From assembly GCA_951406725.2 (NCBI GenBank), contig OX597823.1, forward strand, positions 104,594,001-104,658,000: a stretch of DNA of 64,000 nucleotides. The letters are read 5' to 3'. The number at the start of each line of letters is the position of its first letter. Position 1 is the stretch's first letter. Made by a program: the position numbers and the translations under genes. Positions 55,938 to 64,000 of this stretch are shown here, piece by piece. The notes under the pieces were generated by a model, which searched no databases, had not been told where the DNA came from, and saw nothing but the letters and a program-made list of their open reading frames with translations. The stretch is from Octopus vulgaris. Lineage: Eukaryota.

Positions 55938-57839
55938 ACATTGCTTTGTTGCAAAAGACAATGGAGGAGTAATGTGATGTACTAATGATGCATGTATTAG
56001 AACCAGGCAGAACCATCATTGAGAAAACATGCCATATGTAATAATGTATGAAAACCTGATCCAAATCATTCTTTATAAAAAATATGTTCGTATTTAAATT
56101 AAAATCTTGATCAAAATTTTATATGAAACATGAAATGATAATATGAAGTTTTAGATGGTCGAGACCAACATAATACACCAATATATAAAGTTACAAATAT
56201 TTTACTAAAACACCAACCTCAAGTATACCTCAAGTATATTGAGGTGTACCTCATATACCTCAAGTATATTGAAATTAAATAGATGTCTACTCGAAAGAAA
56301 AATAATTACAAAAAAAATTAATAGAGATCATGAGAAAAATAAAGAAAGACTGCAGTCTCTTGTTAACCAAGTGAATGTGGTGATTAGAAAAAATATAATC
56401 AGAGCAAGTGGAGATACAAAGAGAGAGAAAATCAAACAGTGTCTAGGGATATCTGTAAAGGTGTTAAAAACCTGAGGTTGGTTGAAAGAATCTATCAGGA
56501 ACAAAAGCAATCATGATACCAATGAGATAGTTCTTCAAAAACAAACATCTATATTTTGGCTTGTTCTGATAATTGATAGGGTACTAGATTGCAGCTATAA
56601 AGCCTCAAGTCAGCACTGAGTGACCAGTCCCAGGTTCCTAGTCGTACCACATTTCCTAAACTGAGGACCATATTGCACACTCTCAAATGCAGTCACGAAC
56701 CATAAGGGAATGCGGTGTGACAGTCTATTCTTATAAACCAGTAGATTCTGGGAGTAGTCACAGCAGAAGCAGCAAGGTAGACTTAGTTGTAGTGCAACAG
56801 TTGATGTTCCTCTGCCCTTATTGATGGTGGGGTGCATCTCAGCACAGTGGTTGATACCAGGGAAATTACTGAAGTTATTGCTATTGCTGTACATATTTTT
56901 TATGTTTGATGAGTGGGAAAGTCAATGTTTTAGGATGCTGCTCCAGGCTGTTGAACACATGTCTGGGTGTTTGGAAGTAGTTTTTCATGTAGGATGATGG
57001 GGATAGAAACTTATTGTAATAACAGACTGTGCTCTTCACATGCCTAGGTGCCTTTTCATTATTGATTTTAAATTTTAGCACAAGGTCAGCCATTTTGGGG
57101 TAGGGGTTAAGTTGATCACATTGCCCCCCCCCCCCAAGTAATCAACTGATATTTATTTCATCAACCCTGAAAGGACGAAAGTGAACCTTAGTAGATTTTG
57201 AACTCAGAATGTAAGGATGGATGAAATGCCACTCAGCATTTTGCCCAGCATGCTAACGATTCTACCATCCTGTGGGTGTGGCCTGTGTCCAGGCAGTGGT
57301 GATGTTTAGTGTGCCATTTTGTGTTCTGTAGTTTATTGTGGAAAAACTGGAGGCACTTGAAGGGCTGGCATAATCTTTGATGGATCTAATATATTGTTTG
57401 AAAAAAAAATCATGTATAAAAAAAGGTTAATATTTGATTTATGATTAGCAATACATTCAATAAGGAATTTCAAATTCCTAATAAGAGAGCATAAACACTT
57501 TATAGGTCCCTCGCTATCTCCTTTACCTGGTGCTTATAACAAATTCAGAATTGGTTGCCAAGGAGCTCTAAATGCAGATAATTTAGTTCTGATCACAACA
57601 CTGGAAGTTTAAAAGATGGGGAAAAAATTGGAATCTAAAAGTTTGAAAATGAACGTAGCAAAAGGAGCATAAACCGTGTAATGAGATCTCAAGTAAATTT
57701 ATATAAAATCATGACAAAGAACATGCTAGTAAAAATGGTAGTTATAGCATTAGAGTATTGGAGAATGGACAAGGATTAAAAGAAAGCTAATGATGTGATA
57801 TTGCAATCCTTTTTTTTCTTTTTCAAGAAACCAGCCAGC

Positions 57840-59330
57840 TACCTAATCACCTATCAATCTTGTAGGCACACCAACCAAACTGACTACATTCTCACCAGAA
57901 AACAGGACAGACAGTTGCTTGTGAATGGAAAATCCTTCCTGAGGAAAGAATGTACTACCCAACATAGGTAGCAGCAGGTGACTTTAGTCTCAGAGCTAAA
58001 AGGACACAGAAATGCAAACCAGTTTGGAAAAGGAAGTTGTGGAAGCTTAGATTCAATGTACATTCAGAAATTTAAAGAAGTACTAATTGAAGCATTTGAC
58101 AAGGAGGAAGAGAAGATAAAGATGTATGATGTAGAGGAAAACTAACTAAATCTGTGGCTGGGAACGTTCCAGTTCCAGCCAGACCAAGGATTCATCAGCA
58201 TGAGGTGTTCCAGAATGCAAGACTATCAGAGAGAATCAAAATGTGGGCAATAAGTGAGTATGTAGCTGGATTATGGTACACTACACTTAGTGATTTTGAA
58301 AAGAATGAGGTTCTTTCTAACATGGACCCCAAGTTGGATCAGCCCAACAGAGGGCCCAGCTATCCTCATTGACAGCAATTAGGGATAGGAAGGCAGGGAA
58401 AGCCTCAGGTCCATCAGGAATCACCACTGAGATCATCATCATCGTTTAGCATCCGTTTTCCATGCTAGGATGGGTTGGACGGTTCAACTGGGGTCTGTGA
58501 AGCCGGAAGGCTTCATCAGGCCTAGTCAGATCTGGCAGTGTTTCTACGGCTGGATGCCCTTCCCAACGCCAACTACTCCGTGAGTGTAGTGGGTGCTTTT
58601 TACGTGCCACCCGCACAGGTGCTAGACAGAGCTGGCAAACGGCCACAAACGGATGGTGCTTTTTATGTGCCACCGGCACGGGGGCCAGGCGAGGCTGGCA
58701 ACGGACACGAACGGATGGTGCTTTTTACGTGCCACTGGCACGAGGCCAGTCGGGGCGGCGCTGGCAACGGTCACGAACGAGATGCTTAAAATATTACATG
58801 GCATAGGATAAAGCCTTATCACTTATATAGTTAATCAAGTTGCACAGGAAGGATTAATATGCAATGACTGACATAGAGTCATTATAATCAACTTTACAAG
58901 GGTAAAGGAGATATCTTAGAGTTATCAAATTGCCGGACAGAATGGAGAAAGTTCAGAGAGCTATTACCTCTGTTGGTAACAACAGATCTTTCTCTCAGAG
59001 TAAAAAGCAAATTGCATGATGTTTGTGTATGAACAGCAATGCTACATGACACTGAAATGTGGGGTGTGAAGACAGAGAACATGCAAAGAATAGAAAGGAA
59101 TGAAGCTTGTATGCTCTGTTGGATGTGCAATGTTAGTGTACACATACAACAAAGTGCAAATATGTTAAAATTGGGCATAGTAAGAATCAGATGTAGTGAG
59201 CAAGAGAGATGACTGTACTGGTATGGCCATGTGATACATATGGAGGAAAACAGCTGTGAAAAGAAGACCCAATTGCTAAATGCAGAAGGAATCTGTGGAA
59301 GAGGGAGGCCCAGGAAGAGAGGAAATAACA
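57840..59330 (+). mobile_element. Fragmented RTE-clade LINE (endonuclease remnant and C-terminus), interrupted by SINE C
   Basis: LITYQSCRHTNQTDYILTRK (EN), WRKFRELLPLL...IERNEACMLCWMC, and WYGHV...GRGRPRK. Confidence 0.75.
58432..58788 (-). mobile_element. SINE family C with three internal ~60-bp tandem units
   Basis: GGTGCTTTTTA.GTGCCAC..GCAC...CTGGCAA unit repeated three times between about 58592 and 58780. Confidence 0.88.
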
Positions 59331-60943
59331 AAGGACTGAGATTACTGGCATTTTGCTGTGCTATAAGACTTGTCTGTCTCAATAAAAGTGTGGCCCTAAA
59401 AGCATTATGCTTGTCTATGCATTCACTGGGTCCTGTTCGCGCACCCAATCTGACCCCTTCAAATATTCACCTCCACTCTTTTCTAACTACAGCACTACTC
59501 ACCTGCTATAATCATACAAAAGCAGAATATGCACATTTCATCCCTCTCTGTGTTACCAGTTACATCAACCCTCTCCCCAGAACCTTTTAAAATCTATTGC
59601 TCATTCATGTTATCAACCCTTTCCACTTTATTTTCCATTGATCACACCTTTCAGTGTCTCCCTGAAATGCATCTCAGGACTGCCATTACCTTATTTTTAA
59701 CACCCTCTCTTATCGGCTATCATTATCATCATATTTGTCATCAACAGCCTTCCCCCCTCTTTTTCCCCACACCCATTATAGCTAACCCTATGTATCTCAT
59801 ACATCGCTCTCTTCTGCCCACTCTCCTCGTCCCACATGCCAACTCCCTATTTTCTGATCTACCTGCAGGCTTATTATATTGTTGCTCCCCTCCCTTTCAG
59901 TACTACCATTTATCACCTGCTCCTACCTGAGCCACTCATTCTTTCATCATCCTTTACTCATATTCACCACTGATCACACTACCACCCTTGTTCCATTTAC
60001 TGCATATGCACATACACCCACCTGTAGCCATTAATCACTCTCCAGTCACACTCTAATGAACTTAACCCACTCTTCCTGTTTCTTATAATGTCTAATATTC
60101 ATCTTCTTGAGAGTACATTTTGACATTGCTTTTTTCCCTGCTCCTCCTACTCACCCTTATATAATGCAAGGAAGTCGTATATCTCTATAACAAGACACTT
60201 GTGCCTGTCCCTCAATTAAACATAAGCCTCTCAACACTTGGGCATATATCAAAACTCCTCTACTACAACCCCACTCAGTGAAGGGGATTTGGTGACCTCA
60301 CTAGTGCTGGTGTCACAAAAAAGGCACCAAATACATTCTGTAAAGTGGTTGTCATTAAGAAGGGTATCTAGTTATAGTTACCATTGTAAAACAGACATTG
60401 AAGCTCAGCACAATCCCCTGGCTCAATGGACCCAGTCAGACCAGCCAATCAATCCCAATAGGGAAGACAGAAGTTAAATGATGATAAAGATTTCAGCAAA
60501 CAGTAGCTTCATGAAATTTTTTTTTTATCAATTATATATTGTGGTTTATCAAGTTTACTGTCTTATATAACTTCTCAATTTAATCTGAATGAATTCTTCA
60601 AATAATTGCAGTAATCATTTATACAGTTCTATTCCTTTTCTTACTATCACACACTTTAGCTGTGATACTCTAATTAACCCTGACATAACAAGAACATTCT
60701 AATTTTTAAAGTTATTACATCAGCAGCTTGCAATCTTTCTGACTTTGCAGTGGCACCAGAGATTAAAAATGGAATTACTGGTGCACTTCACATAGGAAAC
60801 TAAAGAAAGTACAGTTTCAAAAATATAGAAAACTATAGCTTAATTTGTTTTATTAATGATATTCATATAAAGTTTTTTTTTTAATAACATGTTTTTCAAG
60901 ATGCTCAAACATTACTAGCGAGTTTCTAAAGCTTTAATATATA

Positions 60944-61345
60944 TTTATATATATATATATAAAGCTGAAGTTGTCTGTGTATGGCAGGTTTGATAGCCTT
61001 CAACTAACACTATCTCCTCTGAGACCCTGCGGCACAAGTTGACCAAAATTGAGAGTATGATAGAAGGTTTGCTCTTCCTTCCGTAGAATATAAAATTCAA
61101 ATCGGACCATGTTAACACCAAAAATTATTTACATCAAAAAGGTGGGGGTTTTTTTCTATGAAAATCCATATTTTTTACGATTTTTTGACTGCTGTGTTGT
61201 CATTTTTCAGTATATTTCAACCAGAAAAGTGTTCACTTAAAGAGAATAACAAGCTACATAATGGAATTTTTGAAAAGTAAAAATTTTGCAATTCTAAAGG
61301 GTCGAAAAGAAAACAAGCCTGAGCAACGCTGAGCTATACTGCTAG
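60944..61345 (+). mobile_element. Non-autonomous Helitron-like element
   Basis: 5' TATATATATAAAGCTGAAGTTGTCTGT. 3' degenerate hairpin GCCTGAGCAACGCTGAGC followed by CTGCTAG|T. The 5' boundary is approximate. Confidence 0.65.
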
Positions 61346-61919
61346 TATATTTAAAAATCTGCAGTACACCAACCGAGATCTACTGAATTACATAATAATC
61401 TCTTGACAACAGAAGGAACACCGAGTCTCATCATGCTAAATCCATTTTACAAAACAAACAAACAAAACAAAAAAAAAAATTGTATCAGTTCACAGAAGAA
61501 TTTTTTATATTGAGGAATAAATAAAAAATTTTTTACAAGTAGTATCAACAAGTGTGTAAATTTTGATTTAGTAAAGTTAGCATATAAAGATTATTTTAGC
61601 TGACCAGATTACAAATAGAAAACATTCCATAACACCAACTTTCAACAAAGAAAAGAGTTAAGGATGCAAATAAAATTTAATTTTATTACAGCTGAGTGAG
61701 GCATTGATATTTGATGTTAGTAATAAAAGAGAGGATGTGAAAAATGTAAAACCAAACTCTGAGAATACAAAGAAATGTGAATGGTGTAAAAAAAAAACCC
61801 AAAACAAACATAAGTTGCTTAACAATATTTCCCCACCAACATTTTTGCTTTGTGACTGAAGTAACAAGTAAATATGCCAAACCAATACATTTAATATAAT
61901 CAGACTACAAAATGGTTTG

Positions 61920-62140
61920 ATATAACCAAGGAGAAAATGAAAGCATTCATGGATTAGATTACAATGATAGAAATAATCATAATGCTAACTATTGATTTAT
62001 ACTAGATTATAGTTACATTATTTCATGTTTCATATTTGGAAATTAAATTTTCTAGAGATTTGAGAACAAATTTTCTTGATAATCATACATCTGAAAATAC
62101 CCAAATGAATGCTCTCAAACATAAGCTATTAGCTATTATA
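61920..62140 (+). pseudogene. piggyBac-like transposase fossil
   Basis: ITKEKMKAFM and FSRD-like motifs; homologous to 18481-18720. Confidence 0.5.
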
Positions 62141-62475
62141 TCATGGAGATATTTTGACATTCACATTCCTCTATGTGGGAATGGGTTTGATACATCTGCT
62201 ATATTTTTATCTTTTTTTATCTAATTTTTATCTTTTGTCATCATGTGTGGAAGGCCCAACATCTTAAGATCTAGCCTTGGCACCTTCAAACATCTTTCTC
62301 AGTTTTCCTCTGCTACAGATAAACTCCACTTGAAGTAGACAGAGCCTCTTCAAACCAGTACCTAATGCCAATTCCTATCACATATGTATACCAACGGTCA
62401 TCTCTCTTGCACAAGCCAATGCAGTTAATATCTACCCGGTCTTTCAGCTCATTTGTGTTCAGCATTTATTCAGAA

Positions 62476-62620
62476 TTGGTTGGCGTTAGGAAGGGCATCC
62501 AGCTGTAGAAACACTGCCAGATCAGACTGGAGCCTGGTGCAGCCTCCTGGCTTCCCAGACCTCGGTTGAACCATCCAACCCATGCTAGCATGGAAAACGG
62601 ACGTTAAATGATGATGATGA
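62476..62620 (+). mobile_element. SINE family C 3' part with (GAT)n tail
   Basis: TGGTTGGCGTTAGGAAGGGCATCCAGCTGTAGAAAC...GCATGGAAAACGGACGTTAAATGATGATGATGA. Confidence 0.9.
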
Positions 62621-63249
62621 GATATAACACATCATGCTTACTTCATTTCTCTCTACCAGTCACGAAAACTTTTATTGTCAACGGAGATAAGAGTGCTCTG
62701 AAATTTTCCCAACTCTTATTCATTCGAGTAGCTATGTTTTTCTTATAGCCAGCTTCCAGCAATTTTGTTCAGCTCTAGACTAGCCCTTATTCAGCAGACA
62801 TATGATCGAAGATATCTAAGGTATGTGCATGAACCCACCTGCTTTTTTCCCTTTTTTTTGTAAGATACAGGGTATGATTTGAGGATTTGGCTGCTATTTC
62901 TAGCAGGATGAGCAATAACATAGAGGCCCTTATGTTGGCTCATCTAGCACTAATTAGATTACATAGATAATGACCTCATACCCTAAACGTAGTTCTCATG
63001 GAGATTCAGCATGACACAATGTGATAAGGCTGGTCCTTGGAATTATACAGGTACAACTCCTTTTTTCCCAGCTGAGTGAACTGGATCAATGTGAAATAAA
63101 AGCGTCTTGCTGAATGACACAACAGCGCCACCAGCAGGAATTGAATTCCAGACCTTATCATTGTGACCCTAATCCCTGATGCACCTTCACAATAATACAA
63201 AAGTCAAGAATGCTTTACTACATGGCCTTTCTATTCTTTGACTTATCTT

Positions 63250-63918
63250 ACAAAGCCTTGTGAGTGGATTTGGTAGACGGAAACTGAAAGAAGCCCGTCA
63301 TAAATATATATATATATATGTATGTGTGTCTGTGTTTGTCTCCCCAACATCGCTTGACAACCGATGCTGGTGTGTTTACATCCCCGTAACTTAGTGGTTC
63401 GGCAAAAGGGACTGATAGAATAAGTACTAGGCTTACAAAGAATAAGTCCTGGGGCCGATTTCTTCAACTAAAGGCGGTGCTCCAGCATGGCCACAGTCAA
63501 ATGACTGAAACAAGTAAAAGAGTAAAGAGAGAGTTTTATATATTTTTACCGTTTCCATTGTCATTTGCATGGCTTTGTGGTTCAGAAGCTCACTTTACAA
63601 CGACATGGTTTCAGCTTCAGTCTTACCGTGCAGCACCTTCTACTATAGCCATGGGTCAACCAATGTCTTGTGAATGAATCTGATCGACAGAAACTGTGTG
63701 TCTTTATGTTTGTCTGCTGCCTACCACTTGACAACTGGCATTGGCTTATGTATGTTCCTGTTACTTAGAGGTTCAGCAAAAGAGACCAATAGAATAAATA
63801 CCAGATTCAGAAAAAAAAAAAAAGTACTGGGATTGATTTGTCTGAATAAATCGTTCAAGGCTGTGCCCAAGCATGACTGTGGTCCAATGAATGAAACAAG
63901 TAAAAAGGTAAAAAGATA
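63250..63918 (+). mobile_element. Two SINE family A copies (5'-truncated 63250-63532; degenerate 63568-63918)
   Basis: Tails GGCGGTGCTCCAGCATGGCCACAGTCAAATGACTGAAACAAGTAAAAGAG and GGCTGTGCCCAAGCATGACTGTGGTCCAATGAATGAAACAAGTAAAA. Confidence 0.88.
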
Positions 63919-64000
63919 ATACATATCGTTTTCAATCTGTGATTCTTAAAACTGTATAATTACAAAAATCAGATTACAGTACTCTGTTCCAAAATGCAGT

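Noticed and set aside
56610-56894. 94-aa ORF with RIPLWFVTAFESV
   Set aside because: Possibly an RT remnant (KAFDSV-like) but too degenerate to call.
58592-58780. Regularly spaced ~60-bp repeats, superficially CRISPR-like
   Set aside because: The spacers are homologous to each other, the array is internal to SINE C, and the context is eukaryotic with no cas genes.

Overview
Eukaryotic, AT-rich, repeat-dense animal DNA. The SINE families and the long (TA)n/(TACA)n arrays look like an octopus genome (inference from remembered repeat sequences, not a search). The only host gene I can support is a DCAF15-like CRL4 substrate receptor on the minus strand, with three phase-compatible exons: 39622-39725, 25414-25520 and 21325-22788. 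The last exon carries a ~400-aa Cys/His-rich low-complexity insert. I found no other exons, so the rest of the window is probably intronic. It contains an uninterrupted CR1-group LINE ORF2 (<1-2808), about 7.5 kb of TA-type microsatellite with embedded TE fragments, three SINE families, and RTE, R4/Dong-like and Penelope-like fossils. DNA elements include an internally deleted mariner, piggyBac fossils and TTAA MITEs, and pogo/Tc2-type, hAT and Helitron non-autonomous elements. Most notable: (1) a minimal hammerhead ribozyme motif with a compensatory U3-A8 core and palindromic stem III at 10449-10490 (-); (2) the metallothionein-like insert in DCAF15; (3) a 3' tail shared by the LINE and a SINE family, with a hairpin that keeps its pairing across three different sequences. 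All family assignments are by motif recognition only; no database search was run.
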